Shown piece by piece: positions 1-14,100 of a stretch of DNA of 64,000 nt. Position numbers and translations under genes: made by a program. Below the pieces are notes generated by a model, which saw only the letters and a list, made by a program, of their open reading frames with translations, did no database searches and had not been told where the DNA came from. The stretch's first letter is position 1. Every line of letters starts with the position of its first letter. Source of the DNA: the human T2T-CHM13v2.0 reference genome, Homo sapiens; NCBI RefSeq assembly GCF_009914755.1, contig NC_060931.1, one strand, 5' to 3'.

Positions 1-534
1 TTCTTTCCTACCCCAGCACAGGGCATTTCCCCATTCCCTCCTTCTTCCCACCAAATTCTTTCCTTCTCATCATTCCTGTTTAAATCTCTCTCTCTTTTAT
101 ACATCTACTCAATTACTTCTCTTCTATTTCCTAATTCCAAATCAGTTTCTTTTCCCATTACTTTTCTTTTCCTATTACTTCCCAGGCAGAATTCTTGCTT
201 CCTATTGTAACATTTCTCTCAATGCAAAGCACTTTGCTCACAATGCATGTTCTTCCTTCTTTCCAATTAAAATATTTCCCCCATTATTCCAAATATTACC
301 TCTCTGCATTATTCCCAGTATAGTCTACTCATGCCTGCCACTCCAAGTATAAGAATCCTCCTCCTAATCATCTATTATATATATCTCCATATTTACATGT
401 GCCACCTTAGAGACTCTTTCTCTCTGCCAACCCCTGAAGGGTTACTTTCACTATGGCACAGGGCATCTTAGCCTCTGATTCTAATCCTCCTAATAAAATT
501 TTCCTGTTGTCACTCCTGAGGTCTATCTCTGATC

Positions 535-925
535 CAGGGGGTTCTTCACCCTTTTGTGCCCTTAAGTCCTTTGTCAGTCTGGTAAAGCCTATGAACACTT
601 TCTAGAATAATGCTTTTAGACATACAACATAAAATACATAGTATTACATTTGAAGTCAAGTATATTAAAATATAGTTTAAAACAGAACTTGTGATATAAT
701 CATGTTTCTTTATTCATTAAACAAGGTCCCTCCAAAGACTGTAAATGTATATCAAACTATCTGTGATTTCTTTCACTGACAAAAACATCATGCACGCTGA
801 AACAACTATGATTTTTGGCCTATATTCATAGTTGAAGTGATAAAAAATAAAGGTATAAATTTTCTCCCACCCATAGCTAACAGATCCCCTGATGAAAGGT
901 CTGTGGAGTCCAGGTTGAGAGCTCT
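535..925. mobile_element. hAT-Charlie family MITE (MER119-like)
   Basis: Begins CAGGGGGTTCTTCACC-CTTTTGTGCC and ends GGTTGAGAGCTCT, a degenerate terminal inverted repeat; subfamily from memory. Confidence 0.55.
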
Positions 926-1840
926 ACTTTAAACACTGAGGCCTAGAGAATTGAAAGGAACATTAAAAATCATCTGAACCAAAACTTTTGGCCCAGCTGA
1001 GGAAACCAAAGCCTAGAGAAGTCATGTGACTTTGAATCTCCCACTGTGTCTCAAATATACTAAGTCTGTAGTAATAGACAGACAATAAATGTTCCCTGAA
1101 TTGAACTAAGTGACTTGTCAAAATTATACAACTAATGAGTGACAAAGGTGAGAATTGAATCCACGTGTCACAACTCCTAAACAAATGTTCCATCAATCAC
1201 ATTAAGTTAATGCAGTATTTGCCTTTCTATAAATGTCAATGCAGCAATCACTCTGACTGTATGCTCAAAAGTTCTAGGAAAACATACTCTGGATCTCCAT
1301 CACTTCCCCCAAAAATCTCCCTCTTGTTTCTAACAACATAATTCTCTAATTCCACGTCATATTATCATTTTCTGTTTTCCTCTCATAAGTAAATATCATA
1401 TCTTGACAATCATAATGGATACCTATTCAGAAATTAATTAATGGTCATCCAAATGTTCCCTAGCTACATTCAGGTGCTTAGCTTACGGTAATCAGCACTT
1501 GAATACGAGGCTCCTAGGAAGTCTCCCCGGTCTCCTTGCATGATTTCAATTATTATTGCCAATCTGTATTCAGAAATTAGCAAATCTTTTTAAGCTTAGT
1601 TTAAAAAAACAATGTTTACTACAACAGCATGTCTCAAGTTTGTCCCATCATATTCCCATATCTTCTATATAACCTTAAACTACAAATGTTTTCTTCACTA
1701 TGCCCAATACTGGTATTAGTTTTCACGTCAATCTCTCACTACATTTTTGTCATCCATCTAACAAATATATATGGAGTAGCTACCATTCCTCACTTCCTAA
1801 GCTTTTGCATTCAGGCAATCCAATCTTCTTTTTCCCCTGA

Positions 1841-2187
<347 letters not shown>

Positions 2188-2519
2188 TTTCTACATTTCT
2201 CCACATTCACGGCTCTTTTCATCATTTGCCCAGCACATAGCATCCTTTTCACCCACTGTTGCTGTGATGCATATCTGCACCACATCTTGCACACAGCAAG
2301 TTAGCTTTGATTACTCTCAGCCAGAGCTCACACAAACCGTCAGACACACGAGATAATCTCTGCCCATCCCACCTAAGACAGAATTCTGTTCTCTCCTGTC
2401 ATTTAGTGCTTCCTGCTCTCTTCTCTCCATTATTCCTAATACACTGAGGACCCATTATCCAATTCAAAGCTCCTTTTCCTCCATCACTTTCACATAACTC
2501 TGTTCTTAAAACTCTCTAG

Positions 2520-2826
2520 ATCCGTCATGTTGAATACGGTCACCACTGTTCACCTGTGGCTACTGACCAACTGAAACATGGCTAGTCCAAATGGAGATGT
2601 GCTGGAAGTGTAAAATAACACTGGAGTTTGAAGACTTAATATGAAAAGAAGATATAAAATTATATCATTAAAATGTTAATATTGATTAATGTTGAAATAA
2701 TATTTTGGACATCTTGAGTTAAATAAAATTAAAATTAATTTTACCTATTTTTATCTTTTTAATGTGGCTAATAAAAAATTTTTAATGACATATATGGCTT
2801 GCATATATCTCTACTAGCCAGCACTG
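2520..2826. mobile_element. MER33-like hAT-Charlie DNA transposon
   Basis: GTGGCTAC...GAGATGTGCTG...GTAAAATA...GAAGACTTA...AATGTGGCTA...CAGCACTG layout. Confidence 0.7.
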
Positions 2827-4061
2827 CTTTGGGCTCTTCTATTGAGTCATACTTTAATCTTTCCTAACAGTTCGGAATTCTCTCCTCTTTATTACTCTTA
2901 CTAAAAGACATTCTCTCAATTTTCCCCACTGCTTCCCACATTCCAAACTTGTGATTCTTTTCAATCTACCATTTTCAATAACTTTCTACCCAATTACTTC
3001 TATATATCATATTTCTTTTCACCTGCTAATATAGCTTCTACTCCTGCAATCAAGTCATAACAAAGTTCCTTTTATCCTTCCTCAGTTCTAGTAGAGAATG
3101 GTACCTGTCTTAACTCTCAACAAATTAAAAAAAATAGTCCCTGTAATTCCCAAAGAAAATCACTAATCATTCTCCAAATTGGCCTATCTACACTATGATT
3201 TTATTTAAACGGGTTAGCAGTTGTAAAACACTAAACAAATGTAAATTAATAATAATTTCAGACCCATGTCACTCATTCACACAAGGAAAACAATTTCTCC
3301 TCTGTCATTTTAAAGATTGCATTATTTCTCCAAATTCTTCTAATGTTGAGGTTTCAATCCCATTATTCACAGCAGAGAGCTCTGTCATTTCACTCCAAAT
3401 ACTTTAATACAATTCCCAAAACAGAGTATTTGTTTTCCAACCAGTTTTAGCCTGGGTCATGTGTCATCAGTCCCCAAATTGATATTATGTCTCTCATTTC
3501 TGGAATTGCATTTTCTTTTCTCAATGATTTCTGGAAAAACTCAAGATTGGGAAGGTGGATATGAATGGCTTGCCCAGGAAGAGTTGGAAGCGTGTTTACT
3601 GAGAGTGACAGAAGCAGCCGTCACAGATAGGAGCTCTCATTCCTCATGCTCTTTGAATGTTTCTTCTGAAGTCTCTCCTCCTTACTACTGTGTCCCAGCC
3701 TCCCCACTATAAACCCTTTACATGTATCTCCTCCCAGCATGAGTGATTACCTTTATTCCAGCACTTTTTCAAAATTCTTCCTCTGTAAGTTCTCCTTTCC
3801 ATTATTCTTGGCAAAAAAAATTCCTTGCCTTTACTCCAAGAACAACACAAATTTCCCTCTTTTTTTTTTTTTTTTTTTTTTTTTTGCTTTCAACATTTTC
3901 CTCGGATGATGAAGCTCTGTCATTTTATATAAATTCCAGTTTCCCCTCACTCTCAATATTAAAAACTCTTTAAAGAAAATTACTCCTAGTGTTGAAACTT
4001 TTCCTTATTCCCCTAGTATTTTTATTTAGTTCCCCCCAAATCCTCTCATGACAGAACTCTT

Positions 4062-4112
4062 ACACACACACACACAAACACACACACACATACACACACA
4101 CACTCACTCACA
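4062..4112. repeat. Imperfect (CA)n microsatellite
   Basis: Direct reading. Confidence 0.9.
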
Positions 4113-5574
4113 CTTGTGGTCCAGTAATACAGTTCACTTTTCATTTAGTCCAGTCCAGAGTTCCTTTTCCAGCAGAGAACCCTCTCCTTCTTCATGTTCT
4201 CTTTGTATATTCCAGTATACAACTCATCCCCTGGTCCTTTCCTCTATTCTTGTTTCATCAGTATTTCTCTTCTGTTTTTTCTCTGCTTATTCCTCTCTTT
4301 CTCAATGTCTGTTTTTATAGCCAATATACTATATGATCCAGAAAAGAGCTCCCATTATACATATAGGTCAAAATAAGAACTGAGCAGACCTGAAAGGGTG
4401 GGACAAATTGCTTGTTGTCCCACAGTTTGGGCATATGCCCCTAAGTCCCCGCTACCAAGGGATCCCCCCTCCATCCTCTCTCTTCAGCTCATCTCTTTCT
4501 ATATGTGTCTGGTTACACCTTCAGGTCCTATCTCCTCCAAAGTCATCTCTTTGATGGCCTGTCTTACTCTTTTTTCTGCCTTAGGACCATCCTATTCTGA
4601 CAATCATACTAATCTTTTTTTCTTAAGATCATCCTGCTGGCTTCCAGGCTCCCGCCCTGGGCCCTTTTATCTTGTGGACATTTTCTCCCACCTTCCAGTT
4701 GCTGCTCTATCTGTTCCTTATGATCCCCCTTAGAAGATGCTATTCTGACTTCAGTTACTGGGTCTTCCTGATCCAACCAGGTACAAAAAAGAAAACAACA
4801 GCTGAATCCCCAAAAGCAAAATGCCAGGGCGAAAGGAGAAAAGAATAGGAAGACAGGCCCCATGGCAGCCTTTGGGGTCTGAAAGAGTGATTAACCCTTT
4901 GGACAATGTCAGAAAGGGCCCCATAACTGATAATCAAGAATTATCTCTGCTGGCAAAGGACAAAAGCACTCTTGCATTCCCTTCTTGTCTCTGTTCAAGT
5001 CAGCTCCCAGGCCTACTGGGGTCATTTCCACCTCTAAGCTGGATGCAATGAATGGTTGAGCAGAAGCGGTTCCATCCTGATACTAAAGATGTTGAAGCAT
5101 CAGAGTCCCCACACTTGCAAGTGGTGCCTATTTTTCTTAAATAGGGCCCAGCAAATTGTATAAGCTTTGGAACTCAGAACACCTGAATCTGTCTAGCCAG
5201 AAGAAAGCTTTTCTGGCTTCTAGGAGTTAAGGACCAATAGAGAGGTCAGGAGGGCTCTAATTGAATGGACTCTAAACAAGGTTCAGTTTAATACACCCTG
5301 CCTCTATGGAGAGGGCACCATTCATGGAGGGTCCAGGGCCCTTGAATTATCTGTCAGCTGAATCTTAGCTGGGTTCTGCACCCTAGATCTTTGGGCCACA
5401 CCCAACTCAGCCCAGCCTTTAGCCTCTCTCTTGGTCTCCTAGTCAGCACTTGTCCAGCGTGTGCTAGGCCTCCTGTAGCTAATGTTCTCTTTGGCCCCCT
5501 ACTCAGTTCTTCAAGGCTTAGCTCTGAATCTGCCAATTCAGAAGTCACGGCTTTGAGACGCAACCCCCCCCCCA

Positions 5575-5596
5575 ACACACACACACACACACACAC
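5575..5596. repeat. (CA)n microsatellite following a poly-C run
   Basis: Direct reading. Confidence 0.9.
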
Positions 5597-5959
5597 TCTT
5601 TTTGCCCCTGCATCCACAGAGCCTATTCCTATCCTTTGAGCCTTTAGGGTCAGTATGATCTCCTTAGAAGCCAGAACGTGCCCTCCATTGCTGAATTGAC
5701 AGCTGCTTCAACATACCCCCATCTTGGTGCCCCCGGAAATCCCATCCTTGTAGCTTGTCTACCCCTGACAGAGGAGGAAAAAAATGAAGGAATTCTGAAA
5801 AGGAGACAGGGCCAAGTCTTGATGGCTAGGATGCTGAGGGAAAGGCACTAATGTGAAGGGAGCACTGCAAAGTCTTCGGTTAGCCTTCAGGGCTATGGGG
5901 ACAGAGCAGGGCGGGGGTTCTGGAATCTAAAGAGGCTGTATTTGGAACTGAATTGGAGT

Positions 5960-7550
5960 CAGAACCTGCGCGCGATCTAAAGGTCTGGGACTTCAAGGCT
6001 CCAGGCAGGTGCCGAGGTGCCGAGGTTCCGAGCAGGTTCCTGTCTGGAATTTCCAGGTGAACCGGCCTCCCGCCAGCCCTGGTCGGCCCTAGCACTTACC
6101 GGGCAGACTTGGAAAAGTCTCTGAGAAGTGCGGAGGCGGAGGTGGTGGGGGCTCTGCCACTTTCTCCCGGGCCGGCAGCAGCTCATCAGCTTCCAGCCCA
6201 CCCTCTGGGCGTCGGCCGCCTGGCTCGGGGTTGTTTCGGGCGGCAGTGGCGGCGGCGGCGGCAGCGGCGGCGGCGAGCTCCTGGGGCCCGTAGAAAGCGT
6301 CGGGCGGCTCCGCGAAGCTGGGCAGCGCGGTGGTCAGCGCCACCATCGAGGGCACAGCCTGACCCAGCCCCGCGCAGAAGGTGTTGGTAAGGCGGCCGGC
6401 GAAAGAGGCTAGCGGGGCGAGGGGCGGGAGGCCAGCGGGCAGCGGCGCAGGGGCCAGCGCCTGCGGCAGCACGAGCGGCCGGTAGGGCATGAACATGGGG
6501 TAGCCGGTGTACAGCAAGTGGCCGGAGCGCGGCGGCGGCGGCCCGATTAGGGAGTCGATGGAGAAGGCAGTGCCCGGGCCCCCGCCGCCGCCCCCGCCGT
6601 TGCCCCCAGGGGCGCTACCGCCTCCGGCCCGCTGCATCTTGTTCGGAGCTGCGGCCGCCCCGGGGCGCTCCTCTCTGGGCGCCTCCGTGCGCCCCGCGGC
6701 TCGGGCGCCCCGCGCGGACACGCAGGGCTCGCTCCCTGGCTCCCGGGCCGAGGTGGCGGCGGGGCGCGGGCTCGGCGCAGTGTGGCTCCGGCGCCGCGCT
6801 CCCTCTCTCTCATAAGGAGGGAGGGGGCGGGCGAGCAGGCGGGCTGGGGGTGTCGCCCTCCGGACTCATCCATCTTCCTCAAATTACGCTTCATTTCCTC
6901 CCTCCGCCCGCCGCCGCCGCGCCCGGCTCCCGCTCCCTCCGCAGAGCCCGTTCCCAGCGGCCCGGCCGGCCGGCCCGGGACCCCCACCCGCCCCCCGCGG
7001 CCCAACCAACTATTATTAATGGAGATTGATGAGGCCGGACACGCCGCTTTGTGAAAGTTTGCGGCCGACGAGAAGGCGGCGGCAGCTGCTGGGCCGGTCC
7101 CCTTCCCTCCACCCAGTCCACCCCCCCAACTCAGCCCACCTGGCCCGGGCTCCGCCCGGCTAGGAGGGCAAGCGGGAGGTGGCCCAGGCTCCGATGGGGC
7201 GGCGGGGCCGAGCGTGGATGGGACACCGGGCGGCAGGCGGAGAGGGCGCACCAGCAGGGACAGGCGGCGGGGCCGGACCTCAGCACCCCTCTGCTCCGGG
7301 CCGCCGCCCTCCTTCGGGCCCCAAGTCATTCCCCGGCGTGCCTCCCAGCTCCGACACCCCTCCCCTGCCCGTGGAGCGGACGTTGTGGCGGTCCCCAGAG
7401 CAAGCTCCGGCGCGACGGGCGGGACAGCACGGCCACCGCCCCCTCCAGCGAGAGCGCGGGGCTGAGGGAGGCGAGGCGGGGCCGACAGGGGGCGCGCTGG
7501 GCCCGCCCGGTTCTGCGGCTTAGGGCCACTCTTACGGGGCCCCTTTCCTC
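5960..7550. promoter_or_regulatory. CpG island spanning the GBX1 promoter and exon 1
   Basis: Very GC- and CpG-dense, with multiple GGGCGG boxes; encloses the GBX1 start codon. Confidence 0.9.
6100..6637 (-). CDS. GBX1: Gastrulation brain homeobox 1, coding exon 1 (179 codons + 1 nt); exon 2 with the homeodomain lies left of the window, so 1-6099 is intron
   Basis: Translation MQRAGGGSAPGGNGGGGGGGPGTAFSIDSLIG...FPSLP has an eh1 motif (FSIDSLI), the GBX-type TGYPMFMPYRP and NTFCAGLGQ blocks, and poly-Gly/Ala/Pro tracts. ATG context AAG-ATG-C at 6637; donor G|GTAAGT with GT at 6099-6098. Confidence 0.97.
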
Positions 7551-9326
7551 CTATCTGCCCCATTCGCACTCTGGCCTCTGGTCTCTATTCTCTTGGCATT
7601 GGCTCTTCACCTTCTTCCTCATTCCCTCCTCCATCTCCAACTTCCCCTAGTCCCTTTCTCTTGCCTCGGTGGGTAATTTCCTTGAGTGCCCACACTATGC
7701 CAAGTACTTACCATTCCTCTGACCTTTCCCCTCCATCTTTCTCCCGTCCTTTACATTCTTTTTCTTCCTCCCACCCCTCTTCCCTTTCCCGTCCTCGTTT
7801 CTATTCCTATTCCTCTGATTATTTCTTTCCCATCTCTCATTCCTTATCCCAGTCCCTCTTACTCGATTTTTCTCATGTCTTTCCTTTATCTGTATCTCTT
7901 GTCTGTCTGTCTGTCTATCTCTTGTCTCCCTCCCTCGCTCTCTCTCCTTCTCTTCTGCTATTAATTTTCCCTGATTGGCTCCCCAGCTCCAGCGCCGCTG
8001 ATGAGCCCTATTCATTCCCGGGCCTGACACTCACGACCTGCCCTGGCTGATTGCTGGGGGCTGGCCCCAGGAGCGCTGATGAGCCCCAAGGGTCAGCAGC
8101 GCTAATTATCCGCTAATTGCAGATGACTCTCACCTCCCCCCTTCTGAGACACAGAAATGGTGGCGCCTTTTACCATCGTCCTCCCCCTCCTCCCAATTCC
8201 CAGCAGTAGAGTTGTCAATCTAGAGGCAAAAGTCAGACAGTTTGGCTTGATAGCCACCTCAGGTCAGTGGGCAAGAAAGAGACAAGACAGGCAAGTCAAC
8301 AGAAGAGTGACTCAAGCTTCAGGACACAGGGCAAGCCTGGCCAGCTACAGTGAGTGTCATCTGGTCACAAGGAAATTGTTATTCAGGTGAGGCTGGGTAG
8401 AGCCAAGCTAGTTAAAACTGATAACAGTAAAGCCAGGCAAGTTTAGGAAGATGCAGTCTAGGTAGGGGAAGTGATTTGGCTCCAGCGAGGACGAAAACCT
8501 ACACAAGTTCCAGGATTGCCCGGCCAAGACAGAGCAGGGCAGGAGGGAACTCTGGGTCTCAGTGACATTTGTCCCAAATCAGGAGTGTTGTGTTAGCCTA
8601 GTGAACACTGTTAAAGTCAGGCTGATGTATTTAAATCAGTACCTGAAAGACACTGTCACCAGGGTGGACTGAGGAAGGGGGCAGGACTCAAGAAGGGAGT
8701 TTTTTGGTTATGCCTTAACTGACAATTCATCAGAGAAGTGAACAGAGAAGAGTGTCATTTCCATGCAGTCTTGATCTACCTTGGGCTCCACATTAAACCA
8801 GTGAAATTTCTAAGGAACGAGTCTGGTGGTAAGATGTCACAATGGAGAAAGAAGAGGTGCCTTAGCTTAACTCCAACTCACTACTAAAGAACTTGTCTAA
8901 AGATACTCTTCAGAACACCCCTTTGCTAAATTAACCAAGCACTTTACCATACCAACATGCAAGATGAAGCTTCAAAAGTATATTGTATTTTTAAAGTGAG
9001 AGGGCTTATCGGTGTTGGATACATAACAGAGGCTTACTGACTTGACAAATTGAGGCAACTTTGGGCTACAAAACTGAAATTAAACCTGTATGAGCAGTTA
9101 CAGGATCAGCCAAATAAGGCATGAAGGAAGAACCATTTTTAAAAGTGATTGCATTCATTTATTGCATAGGTAATAAAATCACATAGTACCAAGTTCCAAA
9201 AGCTCAAAAGGATATATATTGAAACATCTCTCTTCCACCAGTCCCTTCAATAAAAGGCCACTTTAAGAAGCCTGTCACATTCTGGTATGTCAAGGACTCA
9301 AGATTAAAAGACCCTCTGATTGTATT

Positions 9327-11227
<1,901 letters not shown>

Positions 11228-11759
11228 CTTTGTCTAGTCAAAAAGCAAGGGCAAGAGTCAATTGAATATGAAAAAACACCTTCCAAAACGAGTTCTTCCT
11301 GCACTAAATAGACAAAGAGTAGAGTGGCGAAGAAAGGAAGGGGACTCATTTTCCCTGAAATCCAGAGCACTCCAAAAACTACTTCACTCTCTCATCAGTA
11401 TCAAGTACAGAACTTACCTCTGTCAAATCTGAACAGAGCTAGTTCCTTTCTTTACCAGCAAAAAACTATGATTCTCCTACTGAATTCCTGAACAGACGCA
11501 TTATGGGCAAGTACCTGGTCTCATTGTCCGAAACAGAATTCTGAAAGTGCTGCTTTGTCCATATTCTCTGACATTTGGGAAATGCTCCTACAGAGGAATT
11601 TTATCTTTAATCTACCCTCTGTGCCCACCGCGGCCTCATCATCTGGCCTGACCTGTGTTGCCAACCAGCACCAAGGATGCTAAGAAAAAAACAAAGTATT
11701 CAAGTCAAAGACCACAAATCTATACCTCCAATCCACTCATTGGCCAGAGAAAGTCCTCT

Positions 11760-14100
11760 CATGGTGGGCAGCGTCGGGCCTGGCCGCGGGTGCCCTCTGG
11801 TGGCAGCAGCGCACAACTGCGGGCACGGCGAAGGAGGTGCGGGGTGCTGCAGCGCCCCCTGGCGACAGTCCAGGAGACGCGCCGAGGGCAAAGAAACCAC
11901 TAACGGAGCATCCAAGGGCGAGCGCGCGGGACGCCTCTAGATGCTTAACTGTGAATGCACTGTTTGGGGACGGGGGGTTGTACGTGAGTGTCTTAACGTC
12001 TAGTGTGCGTGAGTGTAGGGTTAAGTATGTTTAGTGTGCCCCGGTACCCGAACCCTGTATTTCTGTTGTGTTAAATGTGTACAGTATGTATGAGCCCGCG
12101 CGTTCACACGCGGGTAGGTTGGTGGTGGGGAGGTCCGCGCCTCAGTGCAGGGCGGAGTCCTCACGGAGGCGTGAAATTGGTTTGGAGCAAACACATTACG
12201 AAAAGCAATTACCAGGGAGAGGTTCTGGGCCCGCGGGACCAACAGCCAGGAGGCTGGGGAGGGAGCGCCCTGGCTCGCAAGAGTCTGAATGTCTAACCCC
12301 AGTGAGGACCCTCCTGACATTGCCCGCTAAGGGGACAATATGTGAAGTTGTGCACAGCCCCTTCACAGCCACCACTCCACATCGCCTTTCTTCCCTTCCC
12401 CGTCCTTAAAAAGGCATCCCATGATCGCAGGCTCTCCAGATGTGGCCAGAAATCCTCCCCCATCTTCCTATCACTTTAGAGGAGGGTCCTTCTTCTGGGA
12501 CGCCCTCCCAGATCTCAACCCCATTCCTCACCCTCCTCTTCATGCCCCCAGCTCCTGCTCCCACGTTTATCTTGCATTCATCCTATTGCCCCTTGTATTC
12601 TAACTGGTTGTTCACACCCTTGTTTCTCAGACTAGACTGAAGATTCACTGAGGGCAGGAGCGTGTCTCGTTCCCAGCAGGGCATGAAGCACCTAAAACCT
12701 GGGGACCCGGAAGCACACAGTGAACCAAGTGGGTGCGATCAAATAGAATTTCCATCAAAATCCACCAGCAGGACTCTCTCGGGCAAGTCATCTGCGGGAG
12801 TCGGGATTCCCTGGGAGCAGAGCTCCAAACTCTTTCCCGCACCAGCGAGCCCGCACTCGCATGATACCCAGACCTGCGCTCGACCTGGCCCCAGATCCCC
12901 GTGCCAAGGGCCACAGCCTCTGAGATGCTTCCTAGGCGGCTCCAGTGCCATCTCCCCAGCAACGGCCTTCTGCTTCCCGTTACTTCCTCGTCTTCCCCAT
13001 CTTAGCATCTGGCACCACCGTCCAGGGGTCCAAGCCAAAAACCTGCGAGTCGCCCTAGACAGCGCTATTCTGCAGCCCCCTACATCCCCCCCAGCGGCGG
13101 CCCCCCAGTTCTTCCCAGGGATCCCGAATCTCGCCCGCCGCGACCACCTCTGGCCTGGACCACCGCCGCAGGTGCCCCCCGACCCACGCCCGCAGCCAGG
13201 ACGGTCCGTCCTGCCACTCCTACTGATCTGCTCTACTCAGGTCTCAGGCTAAATGTCACCTCCTCAGAGAGCAGGTTTCCCTGTCACCGACTGCCAACCC
13301 CCCATCCCGCACGTCTCTCCCCGGGCTCGGCAGCACCTGCCGCTTCCTCCTGTGCGCCGCGCTCCGGCTACCCCGCGCAAGCGGACCCTGGTGGGGGCCT
13401 GGAGGGCAGGCCTTGCCCCCGTGCGGCGGTGCCTGAACGCAGCAGGCCCTGGAACGGCTGCGGAACAAACCATCGAGCACTAGGGCGTCCCCCGGGACCC
13501 CCACCCGAGCCGCGGTCTCCACGGGGCGCCCCGCAGGCCCTCGACAGGAGTGGGCCTCGCGCACCAGGTTCCCGCCCATGTCTTGGGGCAGCCGCTTCCT
13601 GCCCGCGAGGTGGGGCCTGTGCGGTCGGGGTCCGCCTGGGGTTTCCACAGCGAGGAGCCTCCACCGCTTGCCCACCCGCACCCGCGTCCCAGAGCCGCGC
13701 CCTAGTACCTGAAGCCAGACAGACCGGTCAGCCCAAGGTCCGTGAGGCCAGGGTGGGAATCCGGGCCCCCTCACTTCCTCTCCGCTTCTCCTCAGCCGCC
13801 TCTCAACGCCTAACCCGGCTTCGGGCTCTGGTCCGCGCGGCCTAAAGCCTCGCGACCTCCAGGCCTCGCCCCCTGCCGCCTCGCGCCCTCCAGGCCCCAA
13901 CCCCTGTCCCTTCGCGCCCTCCTGGCCCCGCCCTTCGTCGCCTCGCTAGTGCCGGTTGGCGGGAAAGTCGCGAGCTCCAGCGCTTGCGCACTCCGCCGCC
14001 TGGGGGAACTCTGTCCAGTGACCCTTGACGTCAGGGATCACGGTGCACTTGATTGGCTGCTCTGTCCCGACCACCTGCCCTTCGCCTGTGGTTGCAGGCA
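11760..14100. promoter_or_regulatory. Intergenic CpG-rich region/island between GBX1 and the ASB10 3' end, with CTCF-like motifs and a promoter-like motif cluster
   Basis: CpG-dense at 11760-12300 and 12780-14100; motifs are listed under findings. Confidence 0.75.

Noticed and set aside
6638-6721. 28-aa N-terminal extension of GBX1 from a GTG (ORF track 6089..6721)
   Set aside because: The GTG has a pyrimidine at -3 while the ATG at 6637 has A at -3; open frames are expected in GC-rich 5' UTRs.
6547-7650. Long ORFs of 340 aa (-) and 199 aa (+) over the GBX1 promoter
   Set aside because: Low-complexity Gly/Pro/Arg/Ala translations typical of stop-poor CpG islands; no recognisable domain.
12662-13900. 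ORFs of 196 aa and 214 aa in the intergenic CpG island
   Set aside because: No domain similarity, non-ATG starts, explained by GC content.
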